Origin: a virus
Taxonomy: Duplodnaviria; Heunggongvirae; Uroviricota; Caudoviricetes; Herelleviridae
IMG/VR virus record: IMGVR_UViG_2595698877_000001
Location: 4,381-68,380 of that record
Reading direction: 5' to 3' (one strand)
Length of the DNA: 64,000 bases
The notes beneath the pieces were generated by a model, which was not told the origin of the DNA, searched no databases, and worked only from the letters and a program-made list of their open reading frames with translations. This document shows positions 34,690 through 44,185 of this stretch, piece after piece (within the stretch, counting starts at the first letter, position 1; each line of letters opens with the position of its first letter). The translations under genes and the position numbers were made by a program.

Positions 34690-35475
34690 ATGGCGGATAA
34701 ACCGTATATGTTGCAAGCTACCGCACAGGCAACGCATAGATTACCCGACTTAGATAGTCATATTGACAACTTCGCCCAACGTGTGTTATGGGAGAAATCT
34801 TATTTATGTCCTTGCCGCGATAGAGCAACAAGACAACCACAGCAAAGCTGTAAAATCTGTCACGGGAGAGGGATTGCCTACCTACCTGCTAAAGAAATAG
34901 GTATGATGATTCAATCCCAAGAGAAAGGTGTATTCAATGGTGACTTAGGTTTAATCGATACAGGCTCCGCAATTGGCACACCAGAACGGGCAACACGAGT
35001 CGCATTCCGTGACAGAATAACCGTTCCTAGAGCTGTTATATCACAGTCATTCATTTTTGATGCTTCCAAGCGTAGAATCGAGCATGGTTTCTTCATGGTC
35101 TATGATGTAAAGAAAATCGAGTTCGTTACTTCTATGCAAGGTGAATTACTAGAGGGACAAGATTACACAGTTGATTACAACAAGAATCTATTCTTCCCTA
35201 AAGAGCATCTAGAAGGACACAATATATCGATTAATATTGACACCACTTTACGATACCTAGTAGCAGACCTGTTAAAAGAACATCGATATGTACGAGATAT
35301 GGATTACTCACAACACAATGCAGTTCAAAAGATATTGCTAAAGCGTGAAGATATTTTCATAGACAAAGAAGCTTTCGAAACAGGTGTCAATAATAAGGAA
35401 GTAGATACTATCATTGATGCGAAGCGTAAGCCAAGTACAGATGGATTAAACGGATTCTTCAAAGGGATTGGTTAA
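34690..35475 (+). CDS. neck/head-closure protein
   Basis: 261 aa; CPC...C..C.GRG motif; synteny. Confidence 0.65.
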   Translation: MADKPYMLQATAQATHRLPDLDSHIDNFAQRVLWEKSYLCPCRDRATRQPQQSCKICHGRGIAYLPAKEIGMMIQSQEKGVFNGDLGLIDTGSAIGTPERATRVAFRDRITVPRAVISQSFIFDASKRRIEHGFFMVYDVKKIEFVTSMQGELLEGQDYTVDYNKNLFFPKEHLEGHNISINIDTTLRYLVADLLKEHRYVRDMDYSQHNAVQKILLKREDIFIDKEAFETGVNNKEVDTIIDAKRKPSTDGLNGFFKGIG

Positions 35476-35477
35476 TA

Positions 35478-36110
35478 ATGGCTAAGAAGAATAATAGAAG
35501 ACCTAAGATTTTCCAGAGCCAAGCGCAAATGAAAAAGGCGTTAACCAATCTGGGAAATAATTTAGGTAACCAAGTGCTAGATGAAACGGCGGAAGCCATC
35601 ATTAAGAGCAAACCACAGAATATGGAAGTAAAAAGGAAACCGAAGTACCTACAGTTAACAGAAAAACGATTAGATTCTATGGGTGTCATCGACCTTAAGC
35701 CTTACTTCGCACAAAGTAGTAAGCGTAAAACAAGTAAGGATGGTGGATGGTACCTTACAATCCCAATCAGAAGGAAAGCAAGAGGTATGTCACGTAGGAT
35801 GTACGAACAACTACGGGCTATTGATATCCAACCGAACACGCGTAAAACAGTTATATCAGATTACTTGTACGATAAGAGAGAACAATCTGATGCAAGCATG
35901 TTGAACTACACACCAATGTCTAAGAACATCACGAAGATAAAAGTGGGAAATAATCGACATGACTATGTAGCATTCCGTACCGTATCAGACAAATCTCCGG
36001 CTAGTAGCTGGGTTGTAAATAGAAGTAAGGTAACTGTCAATAACACTTCTAAAACCTTCGTATCGAACGTTAACAGGCTTATGAAGTGGAATATGAAGAA
36101 TGGTGTTTAG
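35478..36110 (+). CDS. basic virion neck/tail-completion protein
   Basis: 210 aa; synteny; FRTVSDKSP.SSW. Confidence 0.6.
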   Translation: MAKKNNRRPKIFQSQAQMKKALTNLGNNLGNQVLDETAEAIIKSKPQNMEVKRKPKYLQLTEKRLDSMGVIDLKPYFAQSSKRKTSKDGGWYLTIPIRRKARGMSRRMYEQLRAIDIQPNTRKTVISDYLYDKREQSDASMLNYTPMSKNITKIKVGNNRHDYVAFRTVSDKSPASSWVVNRSKVTVNNTSKTFVSNVNRLMKWNMKNGV

Positions 36111-36132
36111 AGCTTAGAAAGGAGGAGAAAAC

Positions 36133-37008
36133 TTGTTATCTAGTATTGATACATACCTACATACCCAGATAGAAACGACTCTGGGGAATTTGTTGACGAA
36201 CCGCTATATTATAGAAGAACTATTAAAAGAGGTTCAACCGAACGTAAGAGAAGCGTTTATCAAGGCTTATGTATACGACGAAAAACGTAACCCGGCTCCC
36301 CCGGAAATACCCATCGTATACACAATGCCACAAGATAAACAGATGCTTCGAGGAGCCATTTATATCGGTCTTAGAGAGGGAGAAGAATCTCACACTAGTA
36401 TCGGTAACCAAGAAAGCACATATGGCGCTCCATCGAGAGGTTTATTATCCGAACAATCCGCAGTCAAAGTAGACCAAACGAACGGAAAAATGTATTTAGA
36501 GGTTAGTAAGCCTATTGCAGAAGTTGATAGCGTAACGGGTATTACATTTTCCAAAGGTGAACTTGAGTATAAAGGTAACCGGATGTACTTCGATTACAAC
36601 GAAGTGTTAGAAAATTTAGAACCTTTTACTGTATGGTACGAGGCGGAATCAGAAAATCCAGCTCGTAAAGGTGAGTTCGGTGTACGTTCTGGTTTCACTA
36701 CTACGGAATACTATTCCATTCTAGTACTCTCTACCAACATGAATACAGTAAGATGCCTAGATTTATTGCTTAAAGCAGTACTCATCTATATGAGAAGTAC
36801 AGCAGAAGAGCATACAAACAACCTGTTACAAGGCGTTAAGTTCGGTCAGATAGATGAGATACCAGTAGGTGAAAACGCTGGCGGTGGCGCTAAAGCAGAA
36901 ACCCTGTATGGACGCGAAACCATCATCAAATACGTTACATCTTATAGTTTAGACGTTCCAATCGAAAACATGATTAAGGAACTTCAAATAAATAGTAAAT
37001 TCAATTAA
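36133..37008 (+). CDS. tail terminator/completion protein
   Basis: 291 aa; synteny before sheath. Confidence 0.6.
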   Translation: MLSSIDTYLHTQIETTLGNLLTNRYIIEELLKEVQPNVREAFIKAYVYDEKRNPAPPEIPIVYTMPQDKQMLRGAIYIGLREGEESHTSIGNQESTYGAPSRGLLSEQSAVKVDQTNGKMYLEVSKPIAEVDSVTGITFSKGELEYKGNRMYFDYNEVLENLEPFTVWYEAESENPARKGEFGVRSGFTTTEYYSILVLSTNMNTVRCLDLLLKAVLIYMRSTAEEHTNNLLQGVKFGQIDEIPVGENAGGGAKAETLYGRETIIKYVTSYSLDVPIENMIKELQINSKFN

Positions 37009-37026
37009 TAGAACGGAGGGTTCATA

Positions 37027-37236
37027 GTGGAAAAGGAAGCGAAAGAAGTAAAGAAAAAAGTAGAGCCGCTTGCACCTTACGTCCACATTGATACGTTCAT
37101 CCAAACAGCGAAACACTTATACGATTTAAGTGATACTCAATTGGCTGGATTCAGAGCATTAATGAATGGACAACACTACCAAAGAGATGAACTAATTTTC
37201 TTGGAAAAACTTAAGCAACACTTTAATTTAAAATAA
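37027..37236 (+). CDS. conserved small virion protein
   Basis: 69 aa immediately before sheath. Confidence 0.7.
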   Translation: MEKEAKEVKKKVEPLAPYVHIDTFIQTAKHLYDLSDTQLAGFRALMNGQHYQRDELIFLEKLKQHFNLK

Positions 37237-37264
37237 TCATACATAGGAAAGGAAGATTACATAT

Positions 37265-38974
37265 ATGGCAGTTTCATATGGTTTCAACAGAAAACGTCCA
37301 CGTACCGAAGTATTCTTGGACTCAACAGCTTTAGGTTCTGCTAACGCTCAAAGTGAAAAACCAATTATCATTCTTGGTTCAGCTTTAGATGGTAAACCTA
37401 ACGAACCAGTAGAATTAACAAACTTAGCACAAGCTCGTACCGCTTTCCGTGGTGGTGAGTTAGTAGATGCTATCGAGATGGCTTGGAACCCAGCATTAAA
37501 CCTTAACGGTGCAGGTAAAATCTACGCTGTACGTACTGACGATGCAAAGCAAGCTTCATTAACAAATCTTGGATTGAAATTCACATCTAACGTATATGGC
37601 GCAGATGCAAACAACATCCAAATCACGTTAACAGATAACGCTTTAACGAAGTCTAAACGATTCACTGTTTACTTCACAAAAGAGAGTTACGAAAAAACAT
37701 ACGATAACATTGGTAACATTTTCGACCTTAAATACACAGGCGCACAGAAAGCTAACGTAGAGGTTACTGTAGATTCTGCTACTAAACTAGCTACTAAACT
37801 TATTTTAAAAGTAGGTGCAGATACGCAGTCACTAGCAGTAGTTAAATCTTACGAGTTAGGTACAGGGGTCTTTGAGGACGTTAACGCGCTTATCAATGAC
37901 ATCAACAACCTACCAGACTTCAAAGCTAGTATGAGCGGTCTAGGAGGCTATAAGAACGTTAAAACACAATACTTCGACGTTATGGCTGCTAAAGACTTAA
38001 CGAAAGACAAAGCGGAGCCAATCAAAGCTATCGCTGCTGACTTAGCTAACGCATTAGCTTCTGACCGTTACGTAAGTGTTGAGGTAGATTTCACTAAAGG
38101 TATCCCAGCTTCAATCCCAGTAACTAGTTTAGCTGGCGGTTCAACTGGAACGGTTCCTACTTCTTGGGCTGATATGTTCCTTAAGGTAGCAGACGTTGGT
38201 GGTTACTACATCGTACCATTAACAGCTAGTGAAGCTATCCATGCAGAGCTTTCTCACTTCTTACGTACAGAATCTAACGCTGGTAACCAGTTACGCGGAT
38301 TCGTTGGTGGAGGTTTCGATGAAACATTCGAAAGTCTTAAAGCACGTCAAGCGAATATCCGTAACGCTCGTATCGCTCTTGTCGGTGACGATGTAGTTCG
38401 TCGTATGGCTGATGGTCGAGTTTATAAAGCTCCGGGTTACATGTACGCAGCTCAAATCGCTGGTTTAGCAAGTGGACTAGCTGTAGGTGAACCAGTTACT
38501 TACAAGAAAATGAACATCGAGTCATTAGGTAAGAAATACATCGGTGAACAGTTAGACCAATTGGATGCATCAGGAGTAGTAATGACAGAGTTCGTTCGTA
38601 ACCGTAAAGGTTCAACTTACCGTGTTGTTTCTGACCCGACTACATACAACCGTATTGATGAGCCTGTACAAAACCGTATCTCTTTAGGAGAGGTTTCTGA
38701 CTTCTTAACTACAGAGTTACGTACTGTACTTGATGAAGAATTTATCGGAACACGTATCCGTAACACTTCTGCATCTATCATCAAGAACCGTATCGAGTCA
38801 TTCTTAGATGTCCAAAAGAACGTAGATGGCTTAATCGTTAACTACAGCCCAGAAGACATCCAAGTAGTTATCAATGGTAACACAGCAATCATCAACATCG
38901 CTGTACAACCAACACAAGGCTTAGACTACATCAACGTGTACCTGTCTTACAAAGATAACCACTTATCAGCATAA
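37265..38974 (+). CDS. tail sheath protein
   Basis: 569 aa; R.RP.TEV.LD, G.A.GG.P, GGELVDAIE.AWNP, GE..DFL..ELR..LD..FIG. Confidence 0.95.
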   Translation: MAVSYGFNRKRPRTEVFLDSTALGSANAQSEKPIIILGSALDGKPNEPVELTNLAQARTAFRGGELVDAIEMAWNPALNLNGAGKIYAVRTDDAKQASLTNLGLKFTSNVYGADANNIQITLTDNALTKSKRFTVYFTKESYEKTYDNIGNIFDLKYTGAQKANVEVTVDSATKLATKLILKVGADTQSLAVVKSYELGTGVFEDVNALINDINNLPDFKASMSGLGGYKNVKTQYFDVMAAKDLTKDKAEPIKAIAADLANALASDRYVSVEVDFTKGIPASIPVTSLAGGSTGTVPTSWADMFLKVADVGGYYIVPLTASEAIHAELSHFLRTESNAGNQLRGFVGGGFDETFESLKARQANIRNARIALVGDDVVRRMADGRVYKAPGYMYAAQIAGLASGLAVGEPVTYKKMNIESLGKKYIGEQLDQLDASGVVMTEFVRNRKGSTYRVVSDPTTYNRIDEPVQNRISLGEVSDFLTTELRTVLDEEFIGTRIRNTSASIIKNRIESFLDVQKNVDGLIVNYSPEDIQVVINGNTAIINIAVQPTQGLDYINVYLSYKDNHLSA

Positions 38975-39029
38975 TCGGAGGGGACAAGTTCCCCTCTACT
39001 AAAATTTAATAATAGGAGTGAATGAATAT

Positions 39030-39458
39030 ATGGCAAGTTTAGCTAACCAAACTGTCCAATCGGCAAATACCGTGTACTTCATGATTAAGAACGTTCCGAT
39101 TGCCCGCGCTCAATCTATCAGCTCTGAACGTTCATTCGGTACTCAAGGTGTTTACCAAATTGGTTCAATCATGCCACAGGAACACGTATACTTACGTTAC
39201 GAAGGTTCTGTAACGGTAGAACGTTTCCGAATGAAGAAAGAGAACTTAGCTTCTCTAGGATTCGCTGCTTTAGGCGAAGAAGTTTTACAAATGGATATCA
39301 TGGACATTGTACTATATGATAACTTGACACAAGAAGTAGTAATCGCGTATCGTGGTTGCTCTATCGATAGCTACAATGAAAGCGTTAACGTTGGTGAAAT
39401 CAGTTCAGAGACAGCTCGTTTCTACTTCCTAACTTCTGCTAACGTTCGTAGCGCATAA
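39030..39458 (+). CDS. tail tube protein
   Basis: MAS.ANQTVQS.NTVY...GVYQIGSIMPQEHVYLRYEG; directly after sheath. Confidence 0.93.
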   Translation: MASLANQTVQSANTVYFMIKNVPIARAQSISSERSFGTQGVYQIGSIMPQEHVYLRYEGSVTVERFRMKKENLASLGFAALGEEVLQMDIMDIVLYDNLTQEVVIAYRGCSIDSYNESVNVGEISSETARFYFLTSANVRSA

Positions 39459-39463
39459 CAAAT

Positions 39464-39495
39464 AAGGGGACTATTAATTTAGTCTCCTTTTTTTA
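39464..39495 (+). terminator. intrinsic terminator
   Basis: GGGGACTA/TAGTCTCC + T-tract. Confidence 0.8.
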
Positions 39496-39526
39496 AATCA
39501 TAATAATAGAGGAAGTCGGTGATTTT

Positions 39527-41680
39527 GTGGCTGGTGTATCTCCGCGTTCAATTTTTACGGCTGTCTATGAAAGAGGACTCAATCTAAGAGACTTTGCCCC
39601 TTTCACAAGAGATGATGATGCTAGTAGTGGATTCGAAGAAGCATTCGAAAAAATGGAAAAGTCCGGCATTAAAACAATGTATGTTCCGGGAGATACATAT
39701 AACGTATCGAAAACAATTGTAGTACCAAGAGGTGTACAACTAGTCTTCGCACCAAACGCCATTATAAAACCTCGAAGTAATGTTAACATATTTCAAATGA
39801 AACCTTTAGCTTCTGTAGAAGGAGCTACAATCGATTTAAAATCTTTCCCCTCTTATGATAAAGCGTGTTTCTACTTTAACGCAGCAGATATATTTCAATT
39901 CTACGAACAAAGTCATGTACTAAAAGATATAAATATCATGGGTGTCCAGAAGTCTTCCGGTTGGCTGGGTACAGGAATACTCATGGAAGCAAACACACCT
40001 GATTCATATATAGATAATGTTAAATGTAATAATATAACAATGACGAACATCGGTAAAGGTATTCACTTACGCGTAGACCCGTCTATTAAAGATGACAATC
40101 ATCCTTCGTGGGTGAACGCGAACCAATTCCACCAAGTAACAATTATGAACTTTGATTACGGTATCTATTTAGAAGGGCATAACAGTATACCTCGTGATGT
40201 TGGCGGTAACTTATTTAGTCAACTACAACTACAAGCAGAAGCAGGTTCTAAGCGCATGATTTATTGTGAATCAGCATTGAATCATTTCGACGGATTCTTC
40301 TGGGATTTACATAAAATGAAAGTTACAAACCCTGCATTTGAATTTACAAAAACATCCAAGTTCAACGAAGTGAAATCAGCTATGGCTCAAGAGTTAACAG
40401 AGTCATGGGTAGATGATGGATACTTAAACTCATTTCCTAGTCCAAATAACTATGTAGCAGATAAACGTATCAACGCATTTCCTGTTTCTATTCCGTACAC
40501 TCCTAACTTCTTAGGAAATCAGGATGACTGGATGGTAAATGGGGATAAGCGCGGATTCACTATCACACAAACATCTACGCATCCGATTATATCAGGGGAA
40601 CTAACAGACCTATTATCATTCGACACAGAAGCCGGAGTTACATTTAATATGTCCAATGTAACATATGAAAATCCGGTTGTATTAGAAATAGATTTATCTA
40701 CCGACCCATGTTGGTATGCATCCTTCCTGACAGCCGTTTCACCGTGGGGATTCCAACCACAAGGATACGAGTTAGATATGTTTGATAGCGTATCAAATAA
40801 ATGGATGGGTGGGGTTCACTGGACAAAGAACAACAAGTCACAGAGCCACGCCGTATCAGCACCGTGGGCTGGAGCAGATAAATGTACAAAGGTTAGAATT
40901 AAGTTCTGGGGTAATAATAAAGTAGATGACCCTAAGAAACCATCACCTATACCTGTAGCTACCATATCTAGAATCATGATGACAAGTACAAAAGATGGTG
41001 GACGCGCATACATGCCATACACAGCTACACCTACATTACCACCACCAGATATTACGCCTATACTACCAGCAGATAAAACAATGGTAGGTGACCAAGACGA
41101 TATCCTAGTACAAGCAGATAAACGTTACACAGTCGCTTCAATAGGAGCAGCTAAGACAGGCGGAAACATCTTCGGTATGTTCTCTCTTCGTAAAGAGCAG
41201 TTCTGTAGATGGACAAACCCAACTCTAGCGGCACCAATCGTTATAGAGATAGATTTTGGAGCTAAACCAATACCGTACATGGAATCTGTAGGTATAGCGT
41301 TTGGTCAAGGTGAGACTCCTACCAATGTAAAGATAGAACGTGTAACTGCTAATGGTGGTTCATACGTCCAACTTACAAACCAAGCAGGATTAAAGACATC
41401 TTCATTACACGTAGCTTCCAGAGCTGTACAAACATATAAGCTTAAATTCACAATCTGGGGCGCTAACAATGTAAACACACTTGTTCGTATCAACCGTATC
41501 TTTGGTACAACTGGAGATGGTTACCCAGTCGCATTCGTTAACACAGAGAGTGATAACACTGTTTACGGTGACTTATCCTTCGGTGATACAGCAAAAGGTA
41601 TTGTACTTCGTTCACCAGACGGTAGCAACTGGAAAATGAGCATAGGTAACGATGGAGTACAAAAATGGACAAAAATTTAG
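39527..41680 (+). CDS. putative polysaccharide depolymerase/tailspike (pectate-lyase-like beta-helix + two beta-sandwich modules)
   Basis: NLRDF...DD.S.GF..A....K.MYVP..TY.V..TI.VP.GV start of beta-helix; internal duplication GNQDD.../GDQDD...; C-terminal GIVLRSPDG..W motif. Confidence 0.7.
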   Translation: MAGVSPRSIFTAVYERGLNLRDFAPFTRDDDASSGFEEAFEKMEKSGIKTMYVPGDTYNVSKTIVVPRGVQLVFAPNAIIKPRSNVNIFQMKPLASVEGATIDLKSFPSYDKACFYFNAADIFQFYEQSHVLKDINIMGVQKSSGWLGTGILMEANTPDSYIDNVKCNNITMTNIGKGIHLRVDPSIKDDNHPSWVNANQFHQVTIMNFDYGIYLEGHNSIPRDVGGNLFSQLQLQAEAGSKRMIYCESALNHFDGFFWDLHKMKVTNPAFEFTKTSKFNEVKSAMAQELTESWVDDGYLNSFPSPNNYVADKRINAFPVSIPYTPNFLGNQDDWMVNGDKRGFTITQTSTHPIISGELTDLLSFDTEAGVTFNMSNVTYENPVVLEIDLSTDPCWYASFLTAVSPWGFQPQGYELDMFDSVSNKWMGGVHWTKNNKSQSHAVSAPWAGADKCTKVRIKFWGNNKVDDPKKPSPIPVATISRIMMTSTKDGGRAYMPYTATPTLPPPDITPILPADKTMVGDQDDILVQADKRYTVASIGAAKTGGNIFGMFSLRKEQFCRWTNPTLAAPIVIEIDFGAKPIPYMESVGIAFGQGETPTNVKIERVTANGGSYVQLTNQAGLKTSSLHVASRAVQTYKLKFTIWGANNVNTLVRINRIFGTTGDGYPVAFVNTESDNTVYGDLSFGDTAKGIVLRSPDGSNWKMSIGNDGVQKWTKI

Positions 41681-41703
41681 GGACTATAATTAGTCTCTTT
41701 TTT
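41679..41703 (+). terminator. intrinsic terminator
   Basis: AGGGACTA/TAGTCTCT + T-tract. Confidence 0.8.
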
Positions 41704-41704
41704 A

Positions 41705-41732
41705 TTGACATTTTTTAGTTGGCATGTATACT
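41705..41732 (+). promoter_or_regulatory. sigma-A-type promoter of an inserted moron
   Basis: TTGACA-16-TATACT with TG extension. Confidence 0.7.
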
Positions 41733-41753
41733 AAAAGTAAAGGAGGAGAGAAT

Positions 41754-42026
41754 ATGAAAAAGCCAACTAAGTTAGTTAAGTATATCGCGGACAACCTGTT
41801 ACCAAGCAATACGAAAATTACATACTTCGATAGTGGGATTATCTACTTAGAAGATGGTTGGGGATGTGAGTTCGTTATAAAGGTAGTAACAACACCGAAC
41901 ACTATTAGAGCATTTTTATACCATTGTGACTACACTAACGATGACGAGGGTTATCTAGAACAACACGAAACATACATCAAAGGAATGACGTTTACAATTA
42001 CACAAATCAAGGAGGAATTAAAATGA
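41754..42026 (+). CDS. hypothetical moron protein (start corrected to 41754)
   Basis: SD AGGAGGAG before MKKPTK; 90 aa. Confidence 0.8.
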   Translation: MKKPTKLVKYIADNLLPSNTKITYFDSGIIYLEDGWGCEFVIKVVTTPNTIRAFLYHCDYTNDDEGYLEQHETYIKGMTFTITQIKEELK

Positions 42027-42541
42027 ATGATAAAATGAGAGATTTAATGAGACAAGCTAGTTTTCGTCAGATGTACTATGTAGACGGAAACCTACCAACG
42101 TCAGAGGTTACAATGTATAAGAATACAGGTATCGATACAACAGAAGCTAAGAAGAAACTAAAGTTAAGCTTCAATACAGAGGAAAAGGTAACGAATAGCG
42201 CTAATAGATGGCAAGACGTATGGAGCAGACATATGAATGATATATCAGATAAAATAAGAGAAATACAAGACATGAAATTCCGTAAGTGGTTATATCTAGT
42301 TGTACTAGAAGACTTTGGTTATGATTTCATCGGTTGTAAAATTGAACCTGTTGAACAAAATACTGTTAAACTAACTAATATATCGACAGATGAATTTTTA
42401 ATACTATACATAGAACGAACAGAAGTGGATAATCTTACAAATCATTGGATGGAGTTAAAGTGGAAACTCTACCAACACGATAAAAAAATCAAAGAGGGTC
42501 GAGATTTCTTGAATATGGAGATTAAATTTAAACTAGTCTAG
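42023..42541 (+). CDS. hypothetical moron protein
   Basis: 172 aa, ATGA-coupled. Confidence 0.8.
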   Translation: MNDKMRDLMRQASFRQMYYVDGNLPTSEVTMYKNTGIDTTEAKKKLKLSFNTEEKVTNSANRWQDVWSRHMNDISDKIREIQDMKFRKWLYLVVLEDFGYDFIGCKIEPVEQNTVKLTNISTDEFLILYIERTEVDNLTNHWMELKWKLYQHDKKIKEGRDFLNMEIKFKLV

Positions 42542-42559
42542 TAGGCTAGTTTTCTTTTT
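42530..42559 (+). terminator. intrinsic terminator
   Basis: AACTAGTC/GGCTAGTT + T-tract. Confidence 0.75.
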
Positions 42560-42574
42560 GTTTACTAACGGTTT

Positions 42575-42591
42575 ATTACAATACTATTACA
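42575..42591 (-). promoter_or_regulatory. WalR (YycF) box
   Basis: Reverse complement TGTAAT-AGTAT-TGTAAT matches TGTWAH-N5-TGTWAH exactly, upstream of a 3D-domain gene. Confidence 0.7.
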
Positions 42592-42679
42592 ATTCCTTTA
42601 CATCCAATGATTTCCTGTATGTTTGTGTTACATTAAGAAGTATAAGCAATACAAATATAATGTAGAGGAGAACGAATTA

Positions 42680-43294
42680 ATGAAAACATTAAGGAATATC
42701 GTAACAACATTAGCAATCGGTACAGGAATCTTGTTTGTAGGAGGTCACAGCGCACAAGCTAGTGAGACAAGCGTAGTAGATTACCTATACCAGAAAGGTG
42801 AAGACCACAGTTTCTCTAACCGCAGTCAACTAGCTTCTGATTATGGAATTGGTAATTACACAGGAACAGCAGAACAAAATATTAATCTATTATCTTTACT
42901 AAAAGGTAACACACAAGAAGTCGTACATACGCAAGCTCCGGTTCAAGCAGAACCTAAGAAAGAAACAGTAGCTCAAAAGCCATCAGGTAAAACACTTACA
43001 GTTGTTGCTACTGCATATACAGCTTCACCAGATGAGAATGGCGGTACATATGGCGGAGTAGTTAAAACAGCAATGGGTCACAACCTATCAGCAAATCCTA
43101 GTATGAAAATGGTTGCAGTTGACCCGAACGTAATCCCACTTGGGTCTCGTATTTATGTAGAAGGTTACGGAGAAGCAATCGCTGGTGATACTGGCGGCGC
43201 AATCAAAGGTAATCGTATCGACGTATTGATGCCAAACAAAAAGGTTTCTAGCGACTGGGGAAGAAAAACAGTACAAGTTACAATCCTAAATTAA
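42680..43294 (+). CDS. secreted YocH-like cell-wall protein: signal peptide + DUF3597-like domain + 3D (MltA-like) domain
   Basis: Start corrected via SD GAGGAG; AQA signal cleavage; SVVDYL...SF.NR..LA..YGI.NY.GTAEQN; ATAYT, VAVDPNVIPLGS..YVEGYG.AIAGDTGGAIKGNRIDV. Confidence 0.88.
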   Translation: MKTLRNIVTTLAIGTGILFVGGHSAQASETSVVDYLYQKGEDHSFSNRSQLASDYGIGNYTGTAEQNINLLSLLKGNTQEVVHTQAPVQAEPKKETVAQKPSGKTLTVVATAYTASPDENGGTYGGVVKTAMGHNLSANPSMKMVAVDPNVIPLGSRIYVEGYGEAIAGDTGGAIKGNRIDVLMPNKKVSSDWGRKTVQVTILN

Positions 43295-43304
43295 TAGACC
43301 ATTA

Positions 43305-43338
43305 AGTAGACACGAAAAATAATCGTGTCTATTTTTTT
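43305..43338 (+). terminator. intrinsic terminator
   Basis: TAGACACGA/TCGTGTCTA + T-tract. Confidence 0.85.
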
Positions 43339-43347
43339 ATTTTCTTG

Positions 43348-43376
43348 TTGACTTTTGGGAAATACCTAATTATACT
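43348..43376 (+). promoter_or_regulatory. early sigma-A-type promoter of an inserted moron
   Basis: TTGACT-17-TATACT. Confidence 0.85.
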
Positions 43377-43407
43377 AAGGTTATCAAATGACAAGGAGAT
43401 GCATAAA

Positions 43408-44076
43408 ATGACAGTAACATTTACAGAAAGACAAGCTATAGAAAGAATGATGAATTATATCGAAGAGGAGCGCGCTCGTCTATTAACAGAGTATGTAAAG
43501 AACTTAGATAGATTAAGAGAGCTAGACGAAATCGATAGAATGAGCGAACAAGCTGCTAAAGTGGACGAAGTTATGTCAGAGGCTTACGAAAGACCAATGG
43601 TTCCACAAGAAATGGTAGAAGAGGCTAACAAATCTGCAAGAGAAGAATTTAAAAAAATCGTCCCAGAAATGATGGACGAGCTAAAAGTTCTAATAGATAA
43701 CATGAAAAAAGAAGGAATAACAATTGCAGAACCAACGCAACCTACAAACTTATGCAACGAAATTGAGCAACCAGACATTCCACCTCTTAATGTGGACGAG
43801 CCTAAAGAAAAACCTTCTGCTGGTCTTGAACCTGATAAGTTAGAAATGAGAAAGACACTTATGAGAGGTAGCACAAACGATAATAGAGTTGTCGCTCAAT
43901 TCGCTAAAGTAATTCTTAAAGAGCATGTTGAACCAATGAAATCTAAAGAATTAGTTAAAGCTTTAAACAAAGCAGGAATCCAAATGAATCACCCAAGTGA
44001 AACATTAAGACAAATTAGAACATATGAACCAACAATCAAGAATGTATCTTACGGTTACTATCAATATGTTAAGTAA
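43408..44076 (+). CDS. coiled-coil protein with C-terminal winged-helix-like domain (start corrected to 43408)
   Basis: SD AAGGAG; C-terminal ILKE..EPM...EL..AL...G......L...........YG.YQY. Confidence 0.7.
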   Translation: MTVTFTERQAIERMMNYIEEERARLLTEYVKNLDRLRELDEIDRMSEQAAKVDEVMSEAYERPMVPQEMVEEANKSAREEFKKIVPEMMDELKVLIDNMKKEGITIAEPTQPTNLCNEIEQPDIPPLNVDEPKEKPSAGLEPDKLEMRKTLMRGSTNDNRVVAQFAKVILKEHVEPMKSKELVKALNKAGIQMNHPSETLRQIRTYEPTIKNVSYGYYQYVK

Positions 44077-44082
44077 TTTACT

Positions 44083-44115
44083 AGAGGGCTATCCAACAAG
44101 TGGGTAGTCCTTTTT
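44083..44115 (+). terminator. intrinsic terminator
   Basis: GGGCTATCC/GGGTAGTCC + T-tract. Confidence 0.75.
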
Positions 44116-44185
44116 ATGTTATAATAGATATATAGGGAAAAGCAAGTGCTATATTATTAATAGATAACTTAGGAGGCAAATAAAT

